64,000 bases of DNA from Gammaproteobacteria bacterium (GCA_003250975.1 QKIY01000033.1:14086-78085), one strand, 5' to 3'. Positions 41,786 through 53,057 are shown, numbered from the stretch's first letter. Numbers and translations: made by a program. The notes: generated by a model not told the origin, from the sequence alone.

Positions 41786-43414
41786 CTAATTGGCGGCGGG
41801 GGGCGGTATATAACCCGGGATGCTTTCCAAGTCAATTTCATCGATCTGTTCCGGATCGAGATACTCTTCTGCATATTTAAGGTAGAGCTTTTCCCACATA
41901 AAGACATCAAACAAGTCCGCGTCAATATGATTGTCCACCTTCATCTGTCCCAGTATGGTCAATGCTTTTGACAGGGGCATGGCATCCTTATATGGCCGGT
42001 CTTTTGCGGTCAGTGCCTCAAAGACATCGGCAATGGCCAGCATCCGAGCCGGTACTGACATTTCTTCTTTCCGAAGTTTATTCGGGTAACCGGTGCCGTC
42101 CATCTTTTCATGATGACCTCCGGCAAATTCGGGTACACGGCGCAGGTGTTTTGGATAAGGCAGAGATTCCAGCATCTTAATTGTCACCGCGACATGGTTA
42201 TTGATGATCTCACGCTCACGGTAACTCAGCGTTCCTCTGCCGATCTTCAGATTTTGTCTTTCTTCCTCTGTCAGGAACTTTTCGATCCCACCTTCCGGGG
42301 TCTGCCATTCATAATCACTTATTTCATCAACCCGCAGGATGGCTTCCTCTGTAATAGACTCGCCACCGATATTGCATTCCCTGAGGAACGTCTTGTCTTG
42401 CTCCAGCTTTTTCAGTTGTTTCTCCAGTGCATCATTTTCAAATGATGATTCACCCAGAGATTCGAGCCGCTTCTTTAATGATTCAATTACTGCATCCCGC
42501 TTCAGGACCTCAAACCGTGTATCGAGCAGCTCTATCCTGTCAAAGATTGTCTCGAGTTTGGTGCCCTTGTCGACAACATATTCGGGTGTCGTGATCTTGC
42601 CACAATCATGCAACCATGCCGCCACATCCAGTTCATAGATTTCCTCATCTGTCATATTGAAATCGGCGAGGGGGCCGTACTTGATCCTGCATGCCGCGTT
42701 AGCGATGAAATTGGTCAGCACCGGTACCCTGCGACAATGTCCGGCGGTGTAAGGGGATTTCTCATCTATCGCGTTGGCAATCAGTTTGATCAGGGCATCG
42801 AACAACGCCTTTTGTGCATCAATCAATGAACGGTTAGTAATGGTAACGGCTGCCTGTGAGGCCAGGGATTCAACCAATTGCTGGGACACATCGGAAAAAG
42901 CAATCACCTCCCCCGTCTCGGGGTCGCTCGCATTGATCAGTTGCAGTACGCCTATGATATTGTTTTCGTGATTTACCATGGGCACAGTAAGGAATGATTT
43001 GGAACGATAGCCGGTCTTTTTGTCAAAATTGCGCGTGCCTGAAAAATCAAACTTTGTCACTTCATAGGCGTCCGGTATGTTGATGGTCTTCCTTTCCAGG
43101 ACTGCACAGGCAGCAACATTATGCAGGTTCGGCTTACCATCTTTCTGGTAAAGGGGGACAGGATAATAGGCCATCGGCTCGCCGGTTTTACCACCCATAT
43201 GAATATCAAGGGAATCGGTATGCATGATCTCGAACCGGAGACGATCATCTTCGGTCCGGATATACAGGGTACCTCCGTCCGCATGAGTGATATCCTTGGC
43301 CCGTATCAGGATCATTTCGAGCAGGCGATCGTGGTCCTTCTCTGCAGACAAGGCGATACCGATGGCATTCAGCTTATCCAGGAGCTTCGGCAGGTCGTTC
43401 CGGGTAGTATCCAT
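41786..43414 (-). CDS. GAF-domain HD-GYP phosphodiesterase (c-di-GMP)
   Basis: N-terminal GAF domain. C-terminal HD (WLHDCGK) and HHEKMDGTGYP (HD-GYP) motifs. Confidence 0.75.
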   Translation of the reverse strand: MDTTRNDLPKLLDKLNAIGIALSAEKDHDRLLEMILIRAKDITHADGGTLYIRTEDDRLRFEIMHTDSLDIHMGGKTGEPMAYYPVPLYQKDGKPNLHNVAACAVLERKTINIPDAYEVTKFDFSGTRNFDKKTGYRSKSFLTVPMVNHENNIIGVLQLINASDPETGEVIAFSDVSQQLVESLASQAAVTITNRSLIDAQKALFDALIKLIANAIDEKSPYTAGHCRRVPVLTNFIANAACRIKYGPLADFNMTDEEIYELDVAAWLHDCGKITTPEYVVDKGTKLETIFDRIELLDTRFEVLKRDAVIESLKKRLESLGESSFENDALEKQLKKLEQDKTFLRECNIGGESITEEAILRVDEISDYEWQTPEGGIEKFLTEEERQNLKIGRGTLSYREREIINNHVAVTIKMLESLPYPKHLRRVPEFAGGHHEKMDGTGYPNKLRKEEMSVPARMLAIADVFEALTAKDRPYKDAMPLSKALTILGQMKVDNHIDADLFDVFMWEKLYLKYAEEYLDPEQIDEIDLESIPGYIPPPAAN

Positions 43415-43559
43415 AACGCTCTAAGCTATTAGTTATACTGATATTTTAGTTGTTGCTCAGGATAATACTACCGAAACGCTGCTATATATAGCCTCACAAG
43501 AAGTGGACTTTTAGTTCAAGCGCAGGGACGAGCCTGCAACGGGCACCCGGGAGTGGCGA

Positions 43560-45458
43560 TTATTCTGTCCCTAGATTACTCAGCCGCAGAAACATCCGGT
43601 TCAGGCGCTGGACAAATCCTGTCGGGTCCTCAAGCTGTCCGCCCTCGCTGAGTAATGCTTGTTCAAAGAGGATGTTAGACCAGTCTGAAAAACTGTCACC
43701 TTCCTCCATCTCAATGAGTTGTTTGATCACCGGATGATCCGGGTTAATTTCTAGGATCGGTATGCTACCCAGGACTTTCTGACCGGATGCCTTGAGGATC
43801 CGTTCAAGATTAAGCCCCATATCGTGCTGGTCGGCTACCAAGCAGGCCGGCGATGATGTCAGGCGACGGCTACTCCGGACTGCCTTGACCTTGTCGCCGA
43901 GGATAGTCTTGATCCGTTCAGCAAGATCGGCCAGTGATTCATCCGTTTCTTCCACTTTTTTAGATGAGGTCTCGTCATCCGGTTTTGCTTCCAGATCCAG
44001 TTCACCCCGGGTCACTGACTGCAATGGCTTACCATCAAATTCATTCAAATGGGTTGTCACCCATTCATCGATGGGGTCGGTCATCAGCAGGACTTCAATA
44101 CCTTTCTTGCGAAAGACTTCAAGGTGCGGACTGTTTTTCGCCGTTGCAAAAGTATCGGCAGTTATATAGTAAATGGCCTTCTGGTCTGGTTGCATACGAC
44201 TGACATAATCCTCCAGCGACACGGTCTGCTCCGGACCGTCTTCATGTGTGGAGGAAAATCGGTACAAGCGCGCCAGGTCCTCGCGTCGTTCCGGGTCATC
44301 AATGACCCCTTCCTTGAGGACGCGGCCGAATTCCTTCCAGAATTCCCGGTATTTTTCCGGCTCATCTTTCGCCATATCCTGCAGGAGATTGAGTACCTTC
44401 TTCGTACAGCCAGAACGGATCGAATCAATTATCCGGTTGTGTTGCAGGATCTCGCGAGAGACATTCAATGGCAAATCGTTGGAATCCACTATACCGCGGA
44501 CAAAGCGCAGATAGGACGGAATGAGTTGTTCAGCATCATCCATTATAAATACGCGCTTGACATACAGCTTGATGCCATGACGTTGCTGACGGTCCCAAAG
44601 GTCAAAGGGTGCCCTGGAGGGGATAAATAACAGGCTGGTATATTCCAGTTTACCTTCGACCTTGTTATGCAAGGTGGCCATTGGCGGTTCGAAATCATGG
44701 GCCACGTGTTTATAAAATTCGTTGTATTCATCTTCCTTGATGTCCTTCTTGTTCAGTGTCCATAATGCAGTGGCCTTGTTAACCGTTTCTTCACCCTTTG
44801 CATCCTCGCCTTCCGCTGCCATTAGAATGGGCAGAGGGATGTGGTCTGAATAACGTCTGATGATACCGCGTAAGCGCAAGCCATCCAGAAATTCATCTTC
44901 CCCCTTGCGCAGGTAGAGCGTGATACGTGTTCCGCGTTTCGGCCGGTCAATAGTCTCAACCGTGTATTCACCCTTGCCCTCGGAAACCCAGCGCACGCCT
45001 TCGTGCCGCGGGGCACCGGCACGCCGGCTCTGCACCTCGACCTTGTCGGCGACGATAAATACAGAATAAAATCCGACGCCGAACTGGCCGATAAGCCGGG
45101 CGTCCTTGCTCTCGTCTCCCGTGAGTGACTTGAAAAATTCCTGGGTGCCTGATTTGGCAATCGTCCCCAGATTTTCTATTACTTCCTCGCGCGTCATGCC
45201 GATACCGTTATCAATGACACTTAGGGTATGCTGTTTCTTGTCATACTCGACCCGTATCCTCAGATCAGCGTCCTCTTCATAGAGGCTGTCATCTTTCAGC
45301 GCTTCGAAACGCAGCTTGTCCGCTGCATCCGAGGCATTGGAAATCAGTTCACGCAGGAATATCTCCCTGTTGCTATAAAGTGAATGGATCATCAGGTCCA
45401 ACAACTGCTGGACTTCGGCCTGAAAACCCCGTGTTTCCTGTCTCGCCTCTACACTCAT
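43560..45458 (-). CDS. htpG: molecular chaperone HtpG (Hsp90)
   Basis: Bergerat ATPase N-terminus (IHSLYSN.EIFLRELISNASDA). A GGAGG RBS sits upstream of the ATG at 45458, so the TTG-initiated N-terminal extension of the ORF track is rejected. Confidence 0.9.
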   Translation of the reverse strand: MSVEARQETRGFQAEVQQLLDLMIHSLYSNREIFLRELISNASDAADKLRFEALKDDSLYEEDADLRIRVEYDKKQHTLSVIDNGIGMTREEVIENLGTIAKSGTQEFFKSLTGDESKDARLIGQFGVGFYSVFIVADKVEVQSRRAGAPRHEGVRWVSEGKGEYTVETIDRPKRGTRITLYLRKGEDEFLDGLRLRGIIRRYSDHIPLPILMAAEGEDAKGEETVNKATALWTLNKKDIKEDEYNEFYKHVAHDFEPPMATLHNKVEGKLEYTSLLFIPSRAPFDLWDRQQRHGIKLYVKRVFIMDDAEQLIPSYLRFVRGIVDSNDLPLNVSREILQHNRIIDSIRSGCTKKVLNLLQDMAKDEPEKYREFWKEFGRVLKEGVIDDPERREDLARLYRFSSTHEDGPEQTVSLEDYVSRMQPDQKAIYYITADTFATAKNSPHLEVFRKKGIEVLLMTDPIDEWVTTHLNEFDGKPLQSVTRGELDLEAKPDDETSSKKVEETDESLADLAERIKTILGDKVKAVRSSRRLTSSPACLVADQHDMGLNLERILKASGQKVLGSIPILEINPDHPVIKQLIEMEEGDSFSDWSNILFEQALLSEGGQLEDPTGFVQRLNRMFLRLSNLGTE

Positions 45459-45746
45459 GGTAAAATTTTCCTCCGCAAAATTTTTTACAACCCTCTTACT
45501 TGGGGTCATGACAACAATTTTCAAGTCATTATTGTGCCGGGAATTCCCACCATAATGAAATTTCTTACTCTAGGCCTGCCATGATCAGGAACAAAGATCG
45601 CGCCGCCGGTAAAGCAAAAAACTGGTATCCTCCATGAAACTACACCAGTTTGCCTAGCACCTGCTGCCAACATGGTAAATGCAAGCGGTGCCATTGGCAC
45701 AGTTTAAACACTATAAAGACTTGTGACATAGCTGGAGAGAGAATAT

Positions 45747-46217
45747 ATGGCCCTGAGAATTTTATTGATCCTTATAATCGGTCAACTGGTCACCGCCTGT
45801 GAAATGGCACCAATTAAGGACGAGAACGGCCTAGTCAAACTGCACGAGGTCCAGAAACGGGCCGACGAGGCCTACTGGAAAGAAGAGTGGGAGGCCGCGG
45901 AGCAGGACTATCAGTATCTCGCAAATGCCCTGCCCGACGATGCTGAGCCCCGGTTCCGCCTGGGTAATGTTTATGCCCGCACAGATCGGCTGGACGCCGC
46001 TGTCAAGGCATACCACGAGGCGCTCGCCATAGACAATACAAACAGCAAAATTTGGCATAACCTGGGGATCGTTCAGTTGCGCCAGGCCAGCAATACCTTC
46101 AGAGAGATGCTTGTTTACACTGACCCATCGGACCCGTTGAATTTACGCGCCCGGGACATGCTTGATACTATTACCCGTGCCATGGCTTCGCGATTTGGTG
46201 TTAACGTCACAGAGTAA
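45747..46217 (+). CDS. TPR-repeat lipoprotein
   Basis: Lipobox LVTAC and TPR-like helical repeats. Confidence 0.55.
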   Translation: MALRILLILIIGQLVTACEMAPIKDENGLVKLHEVQKRADEAYWKEEWEAAEQDYQYLANALPDDAEPRFRLGNVYARTDRLDAAVKAYHEALAIDNTNSKIWHNLGIVQLRQASNTFREMLVYTDPSDPLNLRARDMLDTITRAMASRFGVNVTE

Positions 46218-46279
46218 TATGGACTATGATCCACAGAGTGTCCTGAAACCAGTACCGAACCGATACCGGGGGAGACCGA

Positions 46280-48847
46280 TTGACACCCACGAAGACTGAC
46301 ACGCCTGACTACAGCGCGCATACCCCAGTCATTCAACAATACCTGGGCTTCAAGGCCCAACACCCGGACAAACTGCTGTTCTTCCGCATGGGTGATTTCT
46401 ATGAACTGTTTTTCGATGATGCACGCAAGGTCGCCCGTCTGCTTGATATCGCCCTGACCAGACGCGGCCAGTCTGCCGGCGAACCGATACCTATGGCCGG
46501 CGTGCCTTTCCACGCAGCCGAGAATTACTTGGCCCGCCTGATCCGCAAGGGGGAATCCGTCGTGATCTGTGAACAGATTGGTGACCCGCTTACCAGTAAG
46601 GGCCCGGTGGAACGCAGGATTGTACGGATTATAACTCCGGGCACCGTGACAGAAGACGGGATGCTGGAAGACAGGACGGATACTCTGCTGCTTGCTATCT
46701 GCCGGGAAGGAAAGCGCTTTGGTCTCGCATGCCTGAACATGAGTTGCGGCAAGCTCGTGTTAATGGAAGTTGATTCCCGGGAGTCCTTGTTGGGTGAACT
46801 GGATCGACTGGCACCTGCCGAGATCTTGGTTGCAGAGAGTACGGGACCCGAGGAGATACCGGGACCCATCTCCCGGATCACCCGCCGCCCTGAATCACAA
46901 TTTGACCCGGAACAGTCCGACTGCTTGATCAAGAAACAATTCGGCGTTACTGACTTGTCCGGATTCGGTTGTGAAGACATGCTGCTCGCCATTCGGGCCA
47001 CCGGCGCCCTGCTGAATTACACTCGGGAAACCCAATGCGACACCCTGCCGCATATCCAGGGGATTACGATTGAATCACAGGATGAATGCATCATTCTCGA
47101 CAGCATAAGCCGTCGCAATCTGGAACTCGATATCAGCATCAATGGCAGGAAAGATCACTGCCTTCTGGAAGTCATCGACACCACCTCAACCGCCATGGGT
47201 GGCCGTCTGTTACGGCGCTGGCTACATCGCCCTTTGCGTGACCGTCAATTACTGCGCTTACGCCATGCCGCTGTTGAAACGCTGATCGAAAACCGCTTTT
47301 TCATCCAGTTTCATGAGCACCTGCGCACAATAGGAGATATTGAACGCATCCTGACCCGTGTGGCATTGAAATCAGCCCGCCCCAGGGACCTGCTCCAGCT
47401 GCGCAGCGCTCTGGAACGCCTGCCGGCACTCAAGTCACTACTGGGAACGGCCGATAGCCCTCTTCTGGAACAAATACATGCCGAACTTCATGAATTCCCG
47501 GATACCCTGGCACTGCTGGAAAAGGCGTTGCCAGAGACCGTCCCGGTCACAATTCGCGATGGCAATGTGATTGCAGCAGGCTATGATTCCGAGCTGGATG
47601 AACTGCGGCAGTTGAGTGACAATGCTGGGGCGTTCCTGCGGCAACTGGAAGATCGGGAACGACGTCGCACCGGGATAACAACCCTGAAGACCGGTTTCAA
47701 CCGTGTCCACGGATACTACATCGAGATCAGCCGTGGACAAAGCGATCGGGCGCCTGCCGATTACACGCGGCGTCAGACCCTCAAGGCAACCGAACGTTTT
47801 ATCACACCCGAGCTCAAAACATTTGAAGACAGGGTATTGAGCGCCCGCGAGAAGGCACTGGCGAGGGAAAAATATCTCTACGATCAACTGCTTGATCGCC
47901 TGTTCAGCGACCTAGTGCGGTTGCAGACCACGGTACAGCGCATTGCTGAACTTGATGTGCTGGTCAGTTTCGCCGAGCGCGCCATGACATTAGATCTATC
48001 GGCGCCGGAACTCTCGGACCGCAAGGTCCTGTCCATTACCGGGGGACGCCATCTGGTCGTCGAGCAACTCCAGCCGGGACCCTTCATCGCCAATGACCTG
48101 GAACTGAATGCCGGGCGCCATATGTTGATCGTCACCGGACCCAATATGGGCGGCAAATCCACATACATGCGGCAGACGGCGTTGATTGTCCTCATGGCTC
48201 ATATCGGCAGTTTTGTCCCAGCAGAAGCTGCGGAGATCGGGCCTGTGGACCGGATTTTCACGCGCATCGGGGCGGCCGATGACTTGGCCGGCGGCAAATC
48301 CACCTTTATGGTTGAAATGATCGAGACGGCCAACATCCTGAATAACGCGACCGGTGAGAGCCTGGTGCTGATGGATGAGATCGGACGCGGCACAGGGACG
48401 ATGGACGGTCTGGCACTGGCATGGGCGAGCGCGGAATATCTTGCCGCCCGCACTGAAACTATGACACTTTTCGCAACCCATTATTTCGAACTCACCAGCC
48501 TGCCTGACAAACTTGATAAGGTCGCCAATGTTCATCTTGATGCCGTTGAGCATGGTGATGCAATTATCTTTTTGCATGCGGTAAAGCCTGGGCCGGCAAA
48601 TCGCAGTTATGGATTACAAGTGGCGCAACTCGCAGGGGTGCCCAGCACTGTACTCGAACGGGCGAGACAAATTTTACACTCCTTGGACAGCAAGCAGGTG
48701 GAAACAAAGGCCGCAGAAAATGAAGACCTGTTCCGATCGGCAGTACAGCAACTCCTGGAAAGGCTCAATGCAACCAACCCTGACGAGCTTAGCCCCAGAC
48801 AGGCACTGGAATTAATCTATGCCCTGAAGGCCGACCTCGACGACTAG
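46280..48847 (+). CDS. mutS: DNA mismatch repair protein MutS
   Basis: HTPVIQQYL...[16 protein letters not shown]-terminus and Walker [10 protein letters not shown], 855 aa. The start (TTG at 46280) is uncertain. Confidence 0.9.
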   Translation: MTPTKTDTPDYSAHTPVIQQYLGFKAQHPDKLLFFRMGDFYELFFDDARKVARLLDIALTRRGQSAGEPIPMAGVPFHAAENYLARLIRKGESVVICEQIGDPLTSKGPVERRIVRIITPGTVTEDGMLEDRTDTLLLAICREGKRFGLACLNMSCGKLVLMEVDSRESLLGELDRLAPAEILVAESTGPEEIPGPISRITRRPESQFDPEQSDCLIKKQFGVTDLSGFGCEDMLLAIRATGALLNYTRETQCDTLPHIQGITIESQDECIILDSISRRNLELDISINGRKDHCLLEVIDTTSTAMGGRLLRRWLHRPLRDRQLLRLRHAAVETLIENRFFIQFHEHLRTIGDIERILTRVALKSARPRDLLQLRSALERLPALKSLLGTADSPLLEQIHAELHEFPDTLALLEKALPETVPVTIRDGNVIAAGYDSELDELRQLSDNAGAFLRQLEDRERRRTGITTLKTGFNRVHGYYIEISRGQSDRAPADYTRRQTLKATERFITPELKTFEDRVLSAREKALAREKYLYDQLLDRLFSDLVRLQTTVQRIAELDVLVSFAERAMTLDLSAPELSDRKVLSITGGRHLVVEQLQPGPFIANDLELNAGRHMLIVTGPNMGGKSTYMRQTALIVLMAHIGSFVPAEAAEIGPVDRIFTRIGAADDLAGGKSTFMVEMIETANILNNATGESLVLMDEIGRGTGTMDGLALAWASAEYLAARTETMTLFATHYFELTSLPDKLDKVANVHLDAVEHGDAIIFLHAVKPGPANRSYGLQVAQLAGVPSTVLERARQILHSLDSKQVETKAAENEDLFRSAVQQLLERLNATNPDELSPRQALELIYALKADLDD

Positions 48848-48982
48848 ACCATTAACCCTATTACTTGATCATTGAGATCCAAGACGCGTAAATATAAGAC
48901 GCCAAATTTATTCTTTTTCATCTCCAGCGAAAACGGTATTATGAGCCCCGGTTTTTTCCATAAAAATAACAGGTGATCATAG

Positions 48983-49306
48983 ATGCCATTTGTAGTGACC
49001 CAGAGCTGTATCAAGTGCAAATACACCGATTGCGTAGAGGTTTGCCCCGTGGACTGCTTTCACGAGGGCCCGAATATGCTTGTCATTGATCCCGATGAAT
49101 GTATCGACTGCACTCTGTGTGAGCCGGAATGCCCGGTGAACGCAATTATGTCTGAGGATGACGTCCCTGCAGATATGCAGGAATTTATTGAATTGAATGC
49201 TGAGCTTTCCAAGGAATGGCCGGTCATTAATGAGATGAAAGACCCTCCTGAAGATGCAGATGAGTGGAAAGATAAAAAGGACAAGCTTCAATACCTTGAA
49301 CGGTAA
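48983..49306 (+). CDS. fdxA: 7Fe ferredoxin (Azotobacter FdxA type)
   Basis: CxxCxxxCP...CP and CxxCxxCxxxCP cluster motifs. Sits downstream of mutS, as in Pseudomonas. Confidence 0.85.
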   Translation: MPFVVTQSCIKCKYTDCVEVCPVDCFHEGPNMLVIDPDECIDCTLCEPECPVNAIMSEDDVPADMQEFIELNAELSKEWPVINEMKDPPEDADEWKDKKDKLQYLER

Positions 49307-49337
49307 ATAACACTGATAAACTACTCCTGAACCAGCA

Positions 49338-49377
49338 AAAGCCGGTAAGCCATTAAAGCTACCGGCTTTTTATTTTA
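49338..49377 (+). terminator. rho-independent terminator of fdxA
   Basis: aaagccggta / taccggcttt is a 10-bp perfect stem with a 12-nt loop, followed by TTATTTT. Confidence 0.75.
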
Positions 49378-49616
49378 ACCGGCAGCCTTCAGGAAAGGGA
49401 CTATCATGCCAACTTGCCTGATAGTTATCGCTTTTTAAACGATCTGTTGCTAGACTTTTTCCAGTAAAATCAGGTGAATAAGACTGCTTTCTACAATTGG
49501 CCAAAACACCGGGGCCTCTATCCCGGAGAGTATATATGGCCTATGCCTGGTGCAATCCTGCAACCCAGGGTGAATTAATAAGTTATTGAATATTAAGTGA
49601 TTATGCATAATACGCC

Positions 49617-50426
49617 ATGACTTTCGGGGTTGAGATAGCGAGTGCCTCTCATATCGGGAAAAAGCGTCCCCATAACGAGGACAGCATCCTGACGGACAAG
49701 GAGATCCGCCTGTTTGTCCTAGCGGATGGCATGGGGGGCTACAAGGCCGGCGAGGTTGCCAGCGCCATTGCCGTCACTACCATCTATCAGGTTATCAATG
49801 ATGAACGGCCGCAAGGTCCTACTGACAAGACAGTAGGAGACGAAACCGAATTGATAAGGAGGGCAATTAATCAAGCTAATTCAAATATTTATAATATGGC
49901 TAAAACTAACCGCGATTGTCGCGGCATGGGCACGACGGTGGTTATGGGGTGGATCTGTAATGACAGGATGGTTATCGGTAACGTGGGTGATTCCCGAGTC
50001 TACCGCCTAAGGGCAAAAAAACTGGAGCAGATTACCAAGGACCATTCCCTGATCCAGGAATTGATCGATCGAGGCATGTATACGGCGGAAGAGGCCAATG
50101 CCAAGATGCCAAAGAATCTGGTAACCCGTGCATTGGGACTAGATACCAACGTTGATGTGGATGTATATGAAGATCTAGTGCTGCCGAAAGATATCTATCT
50201 GCTGTGCTCAGACGGATTAAATGATATGGTAAATGATGAAGAAATTCACTTAACCCTAGGTAAATATAGTGCTAATCTTGCACAGGCAGCTGACAAGCTG
50301 GTGCAACTCGCTAACCATCACGGCGGCAAGGACAATATCTCCGTGGTGTTGATTAGGATCAAAAATAACAATGGATCCGCTGATCAGGGTGGGGTTTTGA
50401 AAAGGGTATTTAACAGATTTTCTTGA
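49617..50426 (+). CDS. PP2C-family Ser/Thr protein phosphatase
   Basis: SHIGKKRPHNEDS...LADGMGG...CSDGL motifs (Stp1/PppA-like). Confidence 0.8.
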   Translation: MTFGVEIASASHIGKKRPHNEDSILTDKEIRLFVLADGMGGYKAGEVASAIAVTTIYQVINDERPQGPTDKTVGDETELIRRAINQANSNIYNMAKTNRDCRGMGTTVVMGWICNDRMVIGNVGDSRVYRLRAKKLEQITKDHSLIQELIDRGMYTAEEANAKMPKNLVTRALGLDTNVDVDVYEDLVLPKDIYLLCSDGLNDMVNDEEIHLTLGKYSANLAQAADKLVQLANHHGGKDNISVVLIRIKNNNGSADQGGVLKRVFNRFS

Positions 50427-50447
50427 TGTAAGGGGTCAATAAAGACA

Positions 50448-51158
50448 ATGGCAAAACTAGTTCTGACCATGAACGGTGCCGTTCAAGGCGAATACGAACT
50501 GAATCAGGAACGGATGAGTATAGGCCGCAAGGCTGAGAATGATATCCAGATCGATAATCTCGCTGTCAGCGGCAAACATGCCCTGATTATTACCATTCTG
50601 GACGATTCTTTCCTCGAGGACCTTGGCAGTACCAATGGCACCTATGTTAATGGAAAACTGGTTAAGAAACACGCCCTTAAAGACGGTGATGTGATTGCCA
50701 TTGGCAAGCACGAACTGAAATATATCAATGAAAATGCCACATCGAATGATGATGAGTTTGAAAAGACCATGATCATTAAGCCGGGATCGGCAAGCGCCGC
50801 CGTTGCCGCTGCGCAGGCTGCGGAAAAGGCCGGCGCCAAGGCGGAACAGGTCCCCCTCGCATCGACCAACGTGCCGAGCGGCATGCCGCTCGCAAGATTG
50901 ACCGTGCTCAACGGTCCCATAGCCGGCAAGGAACTGGAATTAACCAAGGCCCTTGTTACCCTTGGGAAACCCGGCACCCAGGTTGCTGTTATTTCGCGCA
51001 GGCCCCAGGGGTATTTCCTGACACACATTGAAAGTGATGGTGATGGTAAACGCTATCCAGTCGTTAATGGTGAACCGATCGGCCCCAAGGCCTACCAACT
51101 CAAGAATTCTGACATGATTGAGCTTGCTGGTATCAAGATGGAATTTACCACCAGCTAG
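50448..51158 (+). CDS. FHA-domain protein (N-terminal canonical FHA plus C-terminal degenerate FHA-like domain)
   Basis: The first domain has SIGRK...I...VSGKHA...GSTNGTYVNG. The C-terminal region (VAVISRRPQGYFLTH...VVNGEPI) resembles a second, degenerate FHA. Confidence 0.7.
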   Translation: MAKLVLTMNGAVQGEYELNQERMSIGRKAENDIQIDNLAVSGKHALIITILDDSFLEDLGSTNGTYVNGKLVKKHALKDGDVIAIGKHELKYINENATSNDDEFEKTMIIKPGSASAAVAAAQAAEKAGAKAEQVPLASTNVPSGMPLARLTVLNGPIAGKELELTKALVTLGKPGTQVAVISRRPQGYFLTHIESDGDGKRYPVVNGEPIGPKAYQLKNSDMIELAGIKMEFTTS

Positions 51159-51188
51159 GAAGGCGTCAGCTACTTTTTTTCCCTGTCA

Positions 51189-51650
51189 CTACAACAGCCC
51201 CTTGATCTTCTCCAGATAGTCCGTCTCATCAGGCAGAGTGTTGTTTCGTTGCGCTGTCCACAGGATCTCACCGAGACATTCGAACATGAGGTGTTCTGCC
51301 TCATGCGTGGAACCCAGCTTCTTTGCAAGTTGCTGATGAATCCTGCTAACCCCGGGAGGGCGGTCGGTGCTGATCTGTTCCCGGATCGCGATATGCATCC
51401 CCATGTGCAGGAACGGATTGGTAGCACCGGCCTCGGGCGGGAACTCCTGGTCCGCTGCCGTTATGCCTGACTGCATGAACATGTGATATTCCGGGTGTTC
51501 GAGGATTACCTTGAGGATCATGTCTTCAAGTGGTTCCAGTACGGCTCCCTTCTGGTATTTTTCCCAGACGGACAGGAAAAATCGCCGGGAGTCATCACGA
51601 TCTTGTATAAACGGGCCTGGCATCAGAGATAATCCTTTTTTTCCTTCCAC
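51189..51650 (-). CDS. DUF1841-family protein
   Basis: About 150 aa with DUF1841-like conserved layout. Overlaps the nth start region, as is common for this family. Confidence 0.5.
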   Translation of the reverse strand: MEGKKGLSLMPGPFIQDRDDSRRFFLSVWEKYQKGAVLEPLEDMILKVILEHPEYHMFMQSGITAADQEFPPEAGATNPFLHMGMHIAIREQISTDRPPGVSRIHQQLAKKLGSTHEAEHLMFECLGEILWTAQRNNTLPDETDYLEKIKGLL

Positions 51651-52261
51651 TCACACAAATCATTAATAATACATTCCGCGCATTTTGGTTTGCGTGCAGT
51701 ACAGACATAGCGACCGTGCAGGATCAACCAGTGATGAGCGTTTTTTCTGAATTCATCCGGTACTAACTTTAATAATTTCATTTCCACTTCCAGTACATTC
51801 TTGCCCGGCGCGATACCAGTACGATTTGAAACCCGGAAGATATGGGTATCAACTGCAATTGTCGGCTGACCAAAAGCCGTATTAAGAATTACATTTGCTG
51901 TTTTTCGGCCCACACCGGGCAGTTTTTCTAGTGCTTCCCGGTTATCTGGCACTTGCCCCCCATACTCCTTTACTAGGATATGGCAGGTCTTGATGATGTT
52001 TTCAGCCTTCGAATTAAAAAGGCCGATTGTCCTGATGTATTTCTTCAGTCCGGTCAAACCAAGCTTAAGCATGCCTTGGGCCGTATTCGCCCGTCTGAAT
52101 AATTTCTCTGTGGCCTTGTTGACACCGACATCCGTGGCCTGGGCGGACAGTATCACGGCAATCAGCAATTCAAAAGGACTTGAATAGTGAAGTTCGGTAG
52201 TGGGATGCGGATTATGCGTCTGCAGGCGCGAGAAGATTTCAGTACGTTTCTGCTTGTTCAC
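51623..52261 (-). CDS. nth: endonuclease III
   Basis: HhH-GPD domain and the C-terminal Cx6Cx2Cx5C [4Fe-4S] cluster (CTARKPKCAECIINDLC). Confidence 0.9.
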   Translation of the reverse strand: MNKQKRTEIFSRLQTHNPHPTTELHYSSPFELLIAVILSAQATDVGVNKATEKLFRRANTAQGMLKLGLTGLKKYIRTIGLFNSKAENIIKTCHILVKEYGGQVPDNREALEKLPGVGRKTANVILNTAFGQPTIAVDTHIFRVSNRTGIAPGKNVLEVEMKLLKLVPDEFRKNAHHWLILHGRYVCTARKPKCAECIINDLCEWKEKKDYL

Positions 52262-52276
52262 GGACGGTTCGGGACT

Positions 52277-52861
52277 TTATTGGTCGGCAGCCTGCAGGCC
52301 TGCTTTCACAGGCTGCAGAAAATTCACCCCCGCAAGTAACAGGCCCAGTAGAAGGAATCCCCCCGCGGGTCCGGCCAGTGATGAAAGACCGGCATATTGA
52401 CGTGCGCCGCCTATAACAATCAGGAGAAGGACAACAATGACAACTGTCCCCACTATATTCAACACCGTTTTTACCGGCCCATGACGTAGTGCCACTTCCT
52501 CGGCAAGCGCTATGACCAAACAGTTCATCGCCAGTAAAGGAATATAGATACCAAGACCGGCGAAAATATCATATGTGAAATATTGCAATATCAATGATAT
52601 CGCAGTGACTACGGTTGCAGAGATCATAAGGATCAAAGGAATACGCAGTTGCAGTGGAATGAAATTCCTCGACAGAGAAATAATGAGACTGGAACTACAG
52701 ACCGTGGCGAGAAATACCAGACCCATCCAAGACGCCAGTTGAAGGTCAACGGCAATGGCCAGCATCGGACAAACAGCCAGCGCTGTATGGAGCGGATACC
52801 TCATGATCATTGAATTCATATAACGGTTATATCGAAGCTTCACACAAAAATTTGGCACCAA
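52277..52861 (-). CDS. rnfE: RnfE/RnfA-family membrane subunit (orphan; no other rnf genes adjacent)
   Basis: LAVCPMLAIA, IRIPLILMISATVV and AMNCLVIALAEE match the RsxE/RnfE consensus. Its position directly upstream of nth mirrors E. coli rsxE-nth. Confidence 0.65.
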   Translation of the reverse strand: MVPNFCVKLRYNRYMNSMIMRYPLHTALAVCPMLAIAVDLQLASWMGLVFLATVCSSSLIISLSRNFIPLQLRIPLILMISATVVTAISLILQYFTYDIFAGLGIYIPLLAMNCLVIALAEEVALRHGPVKTVLNIVGTVVIVVLLLIVIGGARQYAGLSSLAGPAGGFLLLGLLLAGVNFLQPVKAGLQAADQ

Positions 52862-53057
52862 GACGGATCATCCCCTCCATATAATGAACATACAATGGTG
52901 CATTACAACTGTAAAAGTCATGGTCTGTTTATACTGCCATTTTTATATTTTTATTAAATTTCATTAGCTTACAAATCTGGCACATATTGCGGCGCGGTAA
53001 ACGGTATCTTCCCATGCCTTTCCTGGCTGGGATGAAGATTTTCTAGGTCTCAACGTC

